DNA of 64,000 nucleotides from a virus: IMG/VR virus record IMGVR_UViG_3300029959_001566; one strand, 5' to 3'. The translations under genes and the position numbers were made by a program. Within the stretch, counting starts at the first letter, position 1. Each line of letters starts with the position of its first letter. The notes under the pieces were generated by a model. The model was not told the DNA's origin, searched no databases, and saw only the letters and a program-made list of their open reading frames with translations. Below, one piece after another: positions 34,722 to 43,971 of this stretch.

Positions 34722-35308
34722 GGGATTATTTCTCAAACTTCGAGAAGGGCATCAATAATGCCCAGATGGTCGAGCAATCCACCTGGAAGATCTTCGATGC
34801 CCCCTCAGCCTCGATACTGACGCTATCCGGCACAGCACCGACAGACCCTTTCAAGCTTGCCATTACCGCACGGGCTGTAACAGGCCATACAGACTGCGCA
34901 GGCTCTATCACGGTAGGCGACGAGATCCTAACCTTTACAGCTCCGACCAGGAAGACCACCACAGCAGCCCTTACAGCTCTGCCAGTCATCGCAACCTGCG
35001 GCCTGGACTGTCACGTTCTGATCGAATGCATCAGCACATCAGGCGCTCCACTATACAAAGAGGTTCTGACACCTATCGAGATCGTATGCTTCCCTCACAC
35101 TGAGCTGATGAGAGATCCATCTGGCAGCGGGTGGATACAGCTTCAATACAAGATCTTTACCAGGGCAGCTCTCAACGTGGGCGACCAGATCAGGTATACC
35201 GATCCCTTCAGAGGTGGGCAGGTCGTGGATATGTACTGCAAGCGCCCTGGTGCGGGGGTAGATCTCACGAACAATTCCGAGGCTTACAGGGTGATGGATT
35301 GCGCTTAG
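34712..35308 (+). CDS. Probable head-closure/neck protein
   Basis: Follows adaptor; C-terminal LNVGDQIRY pattern. Confidence 0.55.
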   Translation: MAMRDYFSNFEKGINNAQMVEQSTWKIFDAPSASILTLSGTAPTDPFKLAITARAVTGHTDCAGSITVGDEILTFTAPTRKTTTAALTALPVIATCGLDCHVLIECISTSGAPLYKEVLTPIEIVCFPHTELMRDPSGSGWIQLQYKIFTRAALNVGDQIRYTDPFRGGQVVDMYCKRPGAGVDLTNNSEAYRVMDCA

Positions 35309-35523
35309 GTGAGATAGAAGACGTTCACGCATTTGTGAATAACCTCACGACATAGAACGCTCTGTATATGCACAATCTCCTGGAAAACAGGCTGCTCAGG
35401 GACCTGGCCATCAGAGCCAAAGACTTCGAATGAAATATGTTTTGGAAGCCGTGACGCTTCTAATATTGATTTTGCTTTATATTTACTTCAGAGATGACAT
35501 GGGCGTGGCCCACTGGTGATGTT

Positions 35524-36261
35524 GTGAAAATAATAATTCCAATAATCTTGTTAGCTTTGGCTCTCTCAGCCTCAGCCGAATACAACTACACCTCGCACTG
35601 GGAGGTCAAAGACGGCTCTTTCTCCTCTCGATTCCACACCAGCGAGGTAGGCGTTGGTGCTTCCAATACCGGCGCAATGACTGTTGACCTCTCTGGCTAT
35701 CTGTCCAAGGGCGGTGATGGCGCCAGCGTCCAGATGGATGGAGCGGGTCGCTTAGGGCGCTTCTGGGGGATGTCACAGAGCGGCGGCTTTAGCAACTCCC
35801 TCAATGTCCATAGTGCAGATTCAATCAACGGCAAGATTGAAGCCACTTCTGGCGGCGAGAGTCCATCTTTGGTCTACGATCTACCCTCGGTGGCAGGGTT
35901 CGCTTCATTCAGGGCAGACGGCACCAATGAAAGGGGCCATAAGAAGAGCATAGTAGCCGAGGATGCTTATGGGCTGTTCTCTGGCAGAGGATCTTCTTTC
36001 AGGATCGGCGAGCCCGTTGATGTAGGTCCGATAGCAGAGGTGTATGAGACCGTGGATCTGCTAAACGACACAGCCCCCATTAGTTCAGTCGGCGAGCCCT
36101 CTGGCGAGGCCATTGTCCTTGGTGCAAACACTTCCATTGATAATGTTCTCAATCCACTCGGTGAGAACAGCACAACCCTCAACACAACCAACCAGACGGC
36201 AGTCGCAGAGGCCTTGGCAGACGATTACCCGGCCCTCTGGGCAGCTATTCAGGAGCCCTAA
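35524..36261 (+). CDS. Secreted Ser/Gly-rich protein
   Basis: GTG start after GGTGA RBS; KIIIPIILLALALSASA signal peptide. Confidence 0.65.
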   Translation: MKIIIPIILLALALSASAEYNYTSHWEVKDGSFSSRFHTSEVGVGASNTGAMTVDLSGYLSKGGDGASVQMDGAGRLGRFWGMSQSGGFSNSLNVHSADSINGKIEATSGGESPSLVYDLPSVAGFASFRADGTNERGHKKSIVAEDAYGLFSGRGSSFRIGEPVDVGPIAEVYETVDLLNDTAPISSVGEPSGEAIVLGANTSIDNVLNPLGENSTTLNTTNQTAVAEALADDYPALWAAIQEP

Positions 36262-36263
36262 GC

Positions 36264-36644
36264 ATGAGCGATGAATGCGGTGGCTGCGGCAAGACAACCA
36301 ATCTAGACGATGACTGGGGTATCCCCTACAAGGGCACAGGTGCCAACAAGCCGAGAGGAGTAATACTCCCTGCAGGCATCACGGCCAAAGACCTGATTCT
36401 CAAGGTGGCATATGCTCCGGAAAGCAAGACCCCCATCAATGTCGCAATCGATGAGAAGGTTTACCGGGCCATAAACGGCCCCCAGAACATCAAGATAGGC
36501 GAGGCTACAAGCACCAACGAAGAGGGCGGCATATCCAGGGAGGCCTGGCTGAAGAAATATGGCTATGACGGCCTTGGATACTGGCTTACGCAGCAGATGG
36601 GGGCGGGGCCAATAAAGCCTATCAAGCTCGGAGGGAGAAGATGA
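36264..36644 (+). CDS. Hypothetical protein
   Basis: Operon packing. Confidence 0.6.
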   Translation: MSDECGGCGKTTNLDDDWGIPYKGTGANKPRGVILPAGITAKDLILKVAYAPESKTPINVAIDEKVYRAINGPQNIKIGEATSTNEEGGISREAWLKKYGYDGLGYWLTQQMGAGPIKPIKLGGRR

Positions 36645-37204
36645 CCGCGTTCCAATCGTTCTGTGACCTCATAGGCCTAAAGGACCCCCGAGGTCAGGCC
36701 GTGCTCAAGCAATGGCTCCAGTATACTGCCAGCGACCCCCAAGCCCCTATCATGGGTGAGGTCATCCGGCCAGTCCTGGTGATCAGCGGACCCACGACAT
36801 GGATGATCGTCTATGCGATGGAGTATATTCAGTCGCTCTTTGATCAGCGGCCCAGCTTCATCCCCAGGAGCGCTTCTGGCGGTATCCTGAAGCAATATGC
36901 CAGGATTACCAATGATAATAAGATCACTGGCATTTACACAGTGAGCTGGCCAACTGACGAGCTTTCTAAGTATGTGCTGGATTCTATCTCAGGGAAGACT
37001 GCCAGCAAGAGTGCTTTCGTGGTCGGGGGACTGAACCACAACCTAATCGGCTATGGTGCCAGGATCTCTCTGGAGGCCGTGACTGCTGATCGGGAGGCCA
37101 TACGGGCCGCTGTCATCGGTCATGAGGCATCTTGTACCAAGGACTATTACAGGCAGAAGTTCGAGGCCCTGAAGTCTGGAATCGTTTCTGAATTGAGATT
37201 ATAA
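36641..37204 (+). CDS. Hypothetical protein
   Basis: ATGA overlap. Confidence 0.6.
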   Translation: MTAFQSFCDLIGLKDPRGQAVLKQWLQYTASDPQAPIMGEVIRPVLVISGPTTWMIVYAMEYIQSLFDQRPSFIPRSASGGILKQYARITNDNKITGIYTVSWPTDELSKYVLDSISGKTASKSAFVVGGLNHNLIGYGARISLEAVTADREAIRAAVIGHEASCTKDYYRQKFEALKSGIVSELRL

Positions 37205-37217
37205 GGACGTGATATAA

Positions 37218-37487
37218 ATGGCAGATTCTACAGTTGACGATACGATAGCAATGGCCACGACCGCAGGAATACTGGCAGTGAAGACTCTCAACCCCACAGG
37301 TTATGCAGTGGGAAAGAAGTTCATCAAGGCCATCAGGGCGGCTTCCACATGGTTAGACGATGCTCTGGCTGATGACAAGGTATCTGATACAGAGCTGAAT
37401 AGAGGCTTTGCCGAGCTTGTAGAGCAGGGATATGGCAAGGTGGCCTTCAAGCTCATGAGTGATGTGTACAGGTACATGCGCGGCTGA
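37218..37487 (+). CDS. Hypothetical protein
   Basis: RBS-like spacing, operon packing. Confidence 0.6.
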   Translation: MADSTVDDTIAMATTAGILAVKTLNPTGYAVGKKFIKAIRAASTWLDDALADDKVSDTELNRGFAELVEQGYGKVAFKLMSDVYRYMRG

Positions 37488-37580
37488 GTGGTGAGGTACT
37501 ATGAGGCCCTCCCTCATTTCCCTCACCAGCCGATGCAAAGACGACCGGAAATATAATACTTCTCACACCACCGGGGCGGC

Positions 37581-37865
37581 ATGTCAGACGAAGAAGACAC
37601 CATAAAGAAATGTGATGCTCAGCAGATGGTTCAGATAGCGGAATTGGCAGGGGACGTTAAGTACATCCGCAAAAAGGTAGACACTTTCTGCACCTTCAAA
37701 GACGAGGCTATGGTGGACCTGGCTAACCTGAAAACCAATAGTGAGAATACCAAGAATCTACCTGCACGAGTCTCTTCTCTTGAACTCTGGCGGGCCGGTC
37801 AGGCGGCGGCATTCGCCCTCGCTTGTCTGGTGGTCGGCTGGTGGCTGACATACCGGGCGGCTTGA
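37581..37865 (+). CDS. Coiled-coil protein with C-terminal TM helix (holin/XhlA-like topology)
   Basis: Amphipathic helix, then AAAFALACLVVGWWL. Confidence 0.55.
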   Translation: MSDEEDTIKKCDAQQMVQIAELAGDVKYIRKKVDTFCTFKDEAMVDLANLKTNSENTKNLPARVSSLELWRAGQAAAFALACLVVGWWLTYRAA

Positions 37866-37915
37866 GGGAGCAACTCACTGAAAATTCACATTTCACACAT
37901 TTTTACAGGAAGTGA

Positions 37916-39397
37916 TTGACTATGGCCGACATTGATTACTTGAGCCCAGCCAGCGAGGTCAACTGGTCGCTACACATCAAGGTCCTATCGAGGGCCACGG
38001 GCGGCACTGGGGTAGTGAACGGCAATCGTCTGGCCCCAACCAGTCCAGCTAGTATGAGTTTCACGTCCGACGCGGGGCGTATCAAGATTGATGGCACACC
38101 GGCAGATACTGGGGTCGGTACAGGGACGATCAGCACTGCCCACCCGAGTCTGCCCAGGATAGATATTATTATCAGAGATACGGCTGGCGCGGTCCAGATC
38201 GTGGCCGGCACACCTGCTGTAATAGAGGATACCATCGCGGGTCTCGGTAACTGGCACCAGTATTTCTCACCACTGCCACAGGAGGCCGTCCCGGCCGGTG
38301 CTATACTTGGAGCCATCTATGTAGCTGCGGGCGCTACCGAGATAACGGCAGATGACATATGGATGTTTGCCGGAAAGGTCGAGGATCTGGCGTTGAGTGT
38401 GGGAAATCCCGGTCTCGATTCAAGATCAGCGTCCGAGAAGGCAATCAAAACCGCATTAGATTCCAAAGTCACTGCCGTACTTCGACAAACTATCACGAAT
38501 CTGGCTTCGGATGTAGCCAGCACCGCCGCTCTGACCACTGCTCTAGCGACGAAAGTCACTGCCGTACTTCGACAAACCATCACGAATTCAGCCTCGGATG
38601 TAGCGAGCACTGCAGCCTTAACAGCAGCCCTGGCAGCCAAAGTCACTGCGGCCCTGCAACAGACCATCACGAATTCAGCCTCGGATGTAGCGAGCACTGC
38701 AGCCTTAACAGCAGCCCTGGCAGCCAAAGTCACTGCTGTACTTCGGCAAAGTATCACGAATTCGGCTTCCGATGTGGCCAGTACAGCGGCTCTGACCACG
38801 GCCCTGGCAGCCAAAGTCACTGCTGTACTTCGGCAAAGTATCACGAATTCGGCTTCCGATGTGGCCAGTACAGCGGCTCTGACCACGGCCCTGGCAGCCA
38901 AAGTCACTGCGGCCCTGCAACAGACCATAACCAACTCAGCTTCCGATGTGGCCAGTACAGCGGCTCTGACCACAGCCCTGGCAGCCAAACTCGGCACATC
39001 CGCACAGGCTGCAGACTCCGCTAAACTGGGGGGCGTCGATTCTTCCAAGGCGCTCACCAGAGGCATCGAGATCCCTTACAGCCGCGATGGTGTGGTGATA
39101 CCCACCGGCGTCCTGCTGGATTTCGAGATTCCTTTCAAATGCACCATCACTGCGGCTCGTTTGGTCGCAGACCAGACAGGCAGCATAGCAATAGCGGTTT
39201 GGAAGGATACTTACGCAAACTTTCCGCCAACGGCTGCAGACCTGATCGACACATTCTCTATCAGCAGTGCGACCAAAAGCGAAGAGACTGGGCTCGCGTT
39301 GGCCGTGGCCGCTGGGAGCTGGATCAGACTCAATGTCAATAGCTGTGCATCGATTACCAGATTCACCTTGAGCCTGACTGCGACGGTGGTGCAATGA
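37916..39397 (+). CDS. Fibre-like structural protein with 29-aa repeats
   Basis: PRIDII N-terminal block, six repeats, C-terminal beta-sandwich. Confidence 0.7.
   Translation: MTMADIDYLSPASEVNWSLHIKVLSRATGGTGVVNGNRLAPTSPASMSFTSDAGRIKIDGTPADTGVGTGTISTAHPSLPRIDIIIRDTAGAVQIVAGTPAVIEDTIAGLGNWHQYFSPLPQEAVPAGAILGAIYVAAGATEITADDIWMFAGKVEDLALSVGNPGLDSRSASEKAIKTALDSKVTAVLRQTITNLASDVASTAALTTALATKVTAVLRQTITNSASDVASTAALTAALAAKVTAALQQTITNSASDVASTAALTAALAAKVTAVLRQSITNSASDVASTAALTTALAAKVTAVLRQSITNSASDVASTAALTTALAAKVTAALQQTITNSASDVASTAALTTALAAKLGTSAQAADSAKLGGVDSSKALTRGIEIPYSRDGVVIPTGVLLDFEIPFKCTITAARLVADQTGSIAIAVWKDTYANFPPTAADLIDTFSISSATKSEETGLALAVAAGSWIRLNVNSCASITRFTLSLTATVVQ
38465..38986 (+). repeat. Six 87-bp (29-aa) coding tandem repeats
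   Basis: KVTAxLxQxITNxASDVASTAALTxALAx x6; copies 4 and 5 look identical at DNA level. Confidence 0.92.
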
Positions 39398-39891
39398 GTC
39401 CTGCCGTCACCTTGCGACCTAATGGTGTCGGATTACTTTCGGAATTAACGTGTGTTGGCGATAGTCCTGGGTGGAAGTGTGTCGATGATGTGGTGGCCGA
39501 TGATGGCACTACTCGTGTACGTTCAGCACACGGAGATATTGGATGGCATGCTGACTTATACACAATACCTTATCCTGACGTCATGTCTGGAAGAATCACA
39601 AATGTCACAGTCACCGCCAGGGGGTTCACTTCTAGTAATGGTATGAAAATTGAGATAGTAACACACGACACTTTGGTAGTTGGCACTATAAATTCCCCAA
39701 GTTCATACACCAACTGGTCCGAGTCCTGGGATACCAACCCGGTAACTGGAATTGCTTGGACTTGGGAAGACATCCAAAATCTTCAGATAGGCATTGCTAT
39801 TTTCGAGATTCAAGGATCGGGAACCTGTACTCAATTGTATGCAGTCGTGACCTACCTACCTTACCCAAGCTGCGGCGTCCTGATGATCTGA
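39394..39891 (+). CDS. Beta-rich fibre/virion accessory protein
   Basis: NPVTGIAWTWEDIQNLQIG motif; AT-richer codons. Confidence 0.6.
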   Translation: MSPAVTLRPNGVGLLSELTCVGDSPGWKCVDDVVADDGTTRVRSAHGDIGWHADLYTIPYPDVMSGRITNVTVTARGFTSSNGMKIEIVTHDTLVVGTINSPSSYTNWSESWDTNPVTGIAWTWEDIQNLQIGIAIFEIQGSGTCTQLYAVVTYLPYPSCGVLMI

Positions 39892-39897
39892 GGCTAC

Positions 39898-40257
39898 ATG
39901 GATTTCACCCCAGAACTAGAGGTCGCTGCACAGAGCTTCAAGACTGCCTGGCAGGCGACAATTGATGCAGGAGTGCCCCCGCCAAACGCTCCAACCACTA
40001 TCATGAAAAAGGGTCATGGCCTGACCCTGAGAGAAACATGGGCCTACAGAGAAGGTATAAAGACAAAAGTTTTTTCAGACGGTGCAGAAATTGGGCCGGA
40101 TGACCCCGAAATCTCAGAATATGTCTACTACAACGAGCACGGCACCGTCGATACCCCAGCTCGCCCGGCTTGCGGCATAACGGTTGATGGTCCTGGTGAG
40201 AAGATCCTCGACGAGCTGGAGAATGATATCGCTGATAAAGAAGTGTCAATATTTTAG
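39898..40257 (+). CDS. HK97 gp10-like neck/tail-completion protein (copy 1)
   Basis: PPNAPTTIMKKG..YVYYNEHGT..PARP. Confidence 0.65.
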   Translation: MDFTPELEVAAQSFKTAWQATIDAGVPPPNAPTTIMKKGHGLTLRETWAYREGIKTKVFSDGAEIGPDDPEISEYVYYNEHGTVDTPARPACGITVDGPGEKILDELENDIADKEVSIF

Positions 40258-40269
40258 AGGTGTTATTAT

Positions 40270-40851
40270 ATGGCGGCAGTAGTGAAGATTGTTGGATTGT
40301 ATGGCAACCCCCTTACAACCACGGAACTAACAATACAGCGGTACAATACCGCAATACCGGGTCAGAGAGACCCCGGCCTCTCCTTCCCAAACAACATGCC
40401 GACAGTTGAAGGAACCGTCTCAAGATCCTGCTGGCAGTTCACAGGTTGTCAGGTCACAGGCGGCACATACTCACAGCTATCATACTGGAGATGGGGGACC
40501 AGCGGGGCTGAAAAGAGCATATGGGGCCTGAACAATGGAATGATACAGGTAGCGCTGAAGGACTCGGGCGCACCAGGTTGCCCGTTTGCGAGTTGTATAC
40601 CCCCAACCGGGATTCAGGATCAGTTTGGATACGACATAAAAGACCCAGATCACGGTATCCCGTTCTATATCAACGAGACAACGCCATGTGCGGACAACCC
40701 GGTAACTGGAATTGCTTGGACTTGGGAAGACATCCAAAATCTTCAGATAGGCATTGCTATTTTCGAGATTCAAGGATCGGGAACCTGTACTCAATTGTAT
40801 GCAGTCGTGACCTACCTACCTTACCCAAGCTGCGGCGTCCTGATGATCTGA
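40270..40851 (+). CDS. Chimeric ORF made by the duplication (N-terminus of 41230 gene + C-terminus of 39394 gene)
   Basis: First 142 aa match 41230..41826; last 51 aa match the end of 39394..39891. Confidence 0.8.
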   Translation: MAAVVKIVGLYGNPLTTTELTIQRYNTAIPGQRDPGLSFPNNMPTVEGTVSRSCWQFTGCQVTGGTYSQLSYWRWGTSGAEKSIWGLNNGMIQVALKDSGAPGCPFASCIPPTGIQDQFGYDIKDPDHGIPFYINETTPCADNPVTGIAWTWEDIQNLQIGIAIFEIQGSGTCTQLYAVVTYLPYPSCGVLMI

Positions 40852-40857
40852 GGCTAC

Positions 40858-41217
40858 ATGGATTTCACCCCAGAACTAGAGGTCGCTGCACAGAGCTTCA
40901 AGACTGCCTGGCAGGCGACAATTGATGCAGGAGTGCCCCCGCCAAACGCTCCAACCACTATCATGAAAAAGGGTCATGGCCTGACCCTGAGAGAAACATG
41001 GGCCTACAGAGAAGGTATAAAGACAAAAGTTTTTTCAGACGGTGCAGAAATTGGGCCGGATGACCCCGAAATCTCAGAATATGTCTACTACAACGAGCAC
41101 GGCACCGTCGATACCCCAGCTCGCCCGGCTTGCGGCATAACGGTTGATGGTCCTGGTGAGAAGATCCTCGACGAGCTGGAGAATGATATCGCTGATAAAG
41201 AAGTGTCAATATTTTAG
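40858..41217 (+). CDS. HK97 gp10-like protein (copy 2, identical)
   Basis: Identical translation to 39898..40257. Confidence 0.65.
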   Translation: MDFTPELEVAAQSFKTAWQATIDAGVPPPNAPTTIMKKGHGLTLRETWAYREGIKTKVFSDGAEIGPDDPEISEYVYYNEHGTVDTPARPACGITVDGPGEKILDELENDIADKEVSIF

Positions 41218-41229
41218 AGGTGTTATTAT

Positions 41230-41826
41230 ATGGCGGCAGTAGTGAAGATTGTTGGATTGTATGGCAACCCCCTTACAACCACGGAACTAACAATACAGCG
41301 GTACAATACCGCAATACCGGGTCAGAGAGACCCCGGCCTCTCCTTCCCAAACAACATGCCGACAGTTGAAGGAACCGTCTCAAGATCCTGCTGGCAGTTC
41401 ACAGGTTGTCAGGTCACAGGCGGCACATACTCACAGCTATCATACTGGAGATGGGGGACCAGCGGGGCTGAAAAGAGCATATGGGGCCTGAACAATGGAA
41501 TGATACAGGTAGCGCTGAAGGACTCGGGCGCACCAGGTTGCCCGTTTGCGAGTTGTATACCCCCAACCGGGATTCAGGATCAGTTTGGATACGACATAAA
41601 AGACCCAGATCACGGTATCCCGTTCTATATCAACGAGACAACGCCATGTGCGGACAGTGATGATTACAGGCCAGACAATCCCCTGGTTTTCTGTGCTGAC
41701 GTCATTACTCCAGAAGGGCCTTCCCACACCACGTCCTTTGTGGTTACACAACTCGTCCTGGCGTACAACTCGACATTTGGGGAAAACGGCGACCTTAGCC
41801 GGTTCTTCAGGTGGAGGGAGATCTGA
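41230..41826 (+). CDS. Virion structural protein (intact parent of the chimera)
   Basis: Position; C-terminal FRWREI. Confidence 0.6.
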   Translation: MAAVVKIVGLYGNPLTTTELTIQRYNTAIPGQRDPGLSFPNNMPTVEGTVSRSCWQFTGCQVTGGTYSQLSYWRWGTSGAEKSIWGLNNGMIQVALKDSGAPGCPFASCIPPTGIQDQFGYDIKDPDHGIPFYINETTPCADSDDYRPDNPLVFCADVITPEGPSHTTSFVVTQLVLAYNSTFGENGDLSRFFRWREI

Positions 41827-41828
41827 AA

Positions 41829-42398
41829 ATGCCTCAGATAGCTCCTGATACATGGCGTGTCGGCTATGAGTTCTCCTGGTACAGAGAGTACCAGGACGGC
41901 AGAATAGAATACCAATTCGACCCTGGGACGGGGCAGCAGATGTGCTGGGGGCAAGAGACTCCAAAAGGCCTCGAGCGCGTCGGCTGGCTGCCCATGACGC
42001 CTGACCTGGCAGCCAAGATTCGTTCGAGCGGTGAGACCGGGTACCCAGTCCATGCGTTTCCCGTGGCTATAAAAGTGAATCCCGGCGACCGTTTAATCTG
42101 TGCAAGGGATTGCACCATCTTAGACGGCTCCCTCATCACCTGCAAGGTCTGCGGGTTCGAGTTCAGGACATTGGATCAGCCAAACATTTGCCCAGACTGC
42201 GGCACTGAGGTGGCCAGGAGGTGCGAGGGGGCACTCAAGACAGTTAGGGAGTGTGAAGGCTGTACAAAGCAATGCTCTGCGGAGGTCGTATCTCCATTCA
42301 TCGCCAGGCCTGATAGGCGGGAGGATGCCGTTTACATCTTGGGGATCGAGGGGCGGTATGAGCAGAAGTTCAACAGCAGGGGAATGATCACGGAATGA
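41829..42398 (+). CDS. Protein with Zn-ribbon motifs
   Basis: CKVC, CPDC, CEGC. Confidence 0.6.
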   Translation: MPQIAPDTWRVGYEFSWYREYQDGRIEYQFDPGTGQQMCWGQETPKGLERVGWLPMTPDLAAKIRSSGETGYPVHAFPVAIKVNPGDRLICARDCTILDGSLITCKVCGFEFRTLDQPNICPDCGTEVARRCEGALKTVRECEGCTKQCSAEVVSPFIARPDRREDAVYILGIEGRYEQKFNSRGMITE

Positions 42399-43537
42399 CC
42401 TCACATTCATGGAAAACTGATAACGACGTACTAGCTTACGATGCTATAGTATACCCAGGCGATGGTGTTACAGAGGCTGTAGATCTGTACGGGGAATTGA
42501 TAGACTCAGACACAGCACCAAATATACTAGATGGGCTGGCAGAGGTAGCGGGAAAGTACCTCATCCTTCCCGGAACTTACGCAGGCGCGGGCCATGTAGT
42601 GTCATTAGCCGATGATGTGATATTCGAGGGCGCCTATAGGAATGGCGTGATCCTGGACGATTTTGGCCTCTCAATAGGGGATGGGATATCGGGAGCCCAG
42701 GTCAAGAATCTGTCCATCACAGGCAGTCCCGGCGCAGATCTAGCAGGGATTCTCCTTACAGGCGACGTGGCCAATGCAAGGCTGCAAAACCTATACTTCG
42801 ACATGGACAGTGCCCCACACGCAGCCCTGAGGCTTACAGCGGGATCCGGGAAAACCATCAGCGGCGTTGTGATGCAGGATCTGATGGCCACAGGAAACGC
42901 TCATGGATATGTCCTGGACGGGGTGGGCTCATTTGCAGGCATAACGATGAATCGCCTTCTGGCGTGGAAGTGTGGTTTTTCCGGTCATCACGATACAGAT
43001 GTTGCGGGCTTCACGTTCCCTGAGCCAAACACAGCTCTCCATTCAAACGTGCTTCTGAAGAACTCACTGGCCGCTTACTGCTACGGAACCGGATTCTTGC
43101 CAGAGGGTGACCTGAGCAGCGGTCCAATAAGCCTCAGCAATTGCATGGGGCATGACAATGAGCAGAAAGAATCCCCTGCAGCGGGATCTGAGTTCGAGGT
43201 CATAAACGGCACGTTCATCAGCGGGATAGAGCGCGGGGCCTCTGCAGATGCATACGCCAACGCACTGCTCTGGAACTGTGAGCCGCAGGGGGTCTATAAG
43301 AACCTCTTTATAGCAAACGTACACGCCACAAATGAGCTCAAGTACAAGATAACCGGGTACGCAACACCCGCCGACGTCGTTGGAACCACTATCGCAGCCG
43401 AGACAGCACTTCCGGCACTCGAATTCATGGCCATACAGGTACTCAACCTCTACGATCACATAGGCGTACAGGTCAAGAGTTCAGTCGGCAGCACCCCGGC
43501 AACCTGGCTGGCAGATTACTGGGGCGGGCAGCAATGA
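42395..43537 (+). CDS. Pectin-lyase-like beta-helix protein (possible tailspike/adhesin)
   Basis: YLILPGTY, stacked I.NL.I / V.L.N patterns. Confidence 0.6.
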   Translation: MTSHSWKTDNDVLAYDAIVYPGDGVTEAVDLYGELIDSDTAPNILDGLAEVAGKYLILPGTYAGAGHVVSLADDVIFEGAYRNGVILDDFGLSIGDGISGAQVKNLSITGSPGADLAGILLTGDVANARLQNLYFDMDSAPHAALRLTAGSGKTISGVVMQDLMATGNAHGYVLDGVGSFAGITMNRLLAWKCGFSGHHDTDVAGFTFPEPNTALHSNVLLKNSLAAYCYGTGFLPEGDLSSGPISLSNCMGHDNEQKESPAAGSEFEVINGTFISGIERGASADAYANALLWNCEPQGVYKNLFIANVHATNELKYKITGYATPADVVGTTIAAETALPALEFMAIQVLNLYDHIGVQVKSSVGSTPATWLADYWGGQQ

Positions 43538-43965
43538 CGGTAGTAAGCGGCTTCACCCCGTATGCTGAAAACCTGCTCCTGGACTCGCTTCTGGGGTCTG
43601 AGGACCCTGCCAGCATTTTTGTCGCCATGGCCACGAGTGTCAGTGGCGACACCGTAACAGGCGAGCCAACGATCGGTACCAATAATTATTCGCGGGTGGA
43701 GGTCGTTAACAATGCGACCAACTTCCCAGCAGCCGAAGACGGTTCTAAGACAGTTTATCCAACCATCACATGCCCGACGAGTTCAGGAGCCTGGAATGAA
43801 GGAGCCCCCCTCAACGTGGTAGTTCTATTCGACGCTGCGACTGGTGGACATGCAATAGCATGGGGTACTCTATCAGTACCGCCAACAGTGAACGGCGCAA
43901 ACATCATCGTAGCCCTCACGGGCGACCAGGACCTGACTCTGAGCATAACACCGACCAGCGCATAA
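43534..43965 (+). CDS. Phage tail/fibre-attachment structural protein
   Basis: YAENLLLDSLLG..YSRVEV..VLFDAATGG pattern. Confidence 0.7.
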   Translation: MTVVSGFTPYAENLLLDSLLGSEDPASIFVAMATSVSGDTVTGEPTIGTNNYSRVEVVNNATNFPAAEDGSKTVYPTITCPTSSGAWNEGAPLNVVVLFDAATGGHAIAWGTLSVPPTVNGANIIVALTGDQDLTLSITPTSA

Positions 43966-43971
43966 GGCTCC

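Larger units (their letters stand above)
39735..41656 (+). repeat. 960-bp tandem duplication (39735-40696 and 40695-41656)
   Basis: No differences seen at 960-nt offset; only a 2-bp CA microhomology at the junction. Confidence 0.95.

Noticed and set aside
35299-35431. In-frame TAG (35353-35355) splitting a short ORF; possible pyrrolysine readthrough
   Set aside because: Both halves are tiny, there is no homology evidence, and no Pyl machinery is in view; equally explained by non-coding sequence or a decayed gene.
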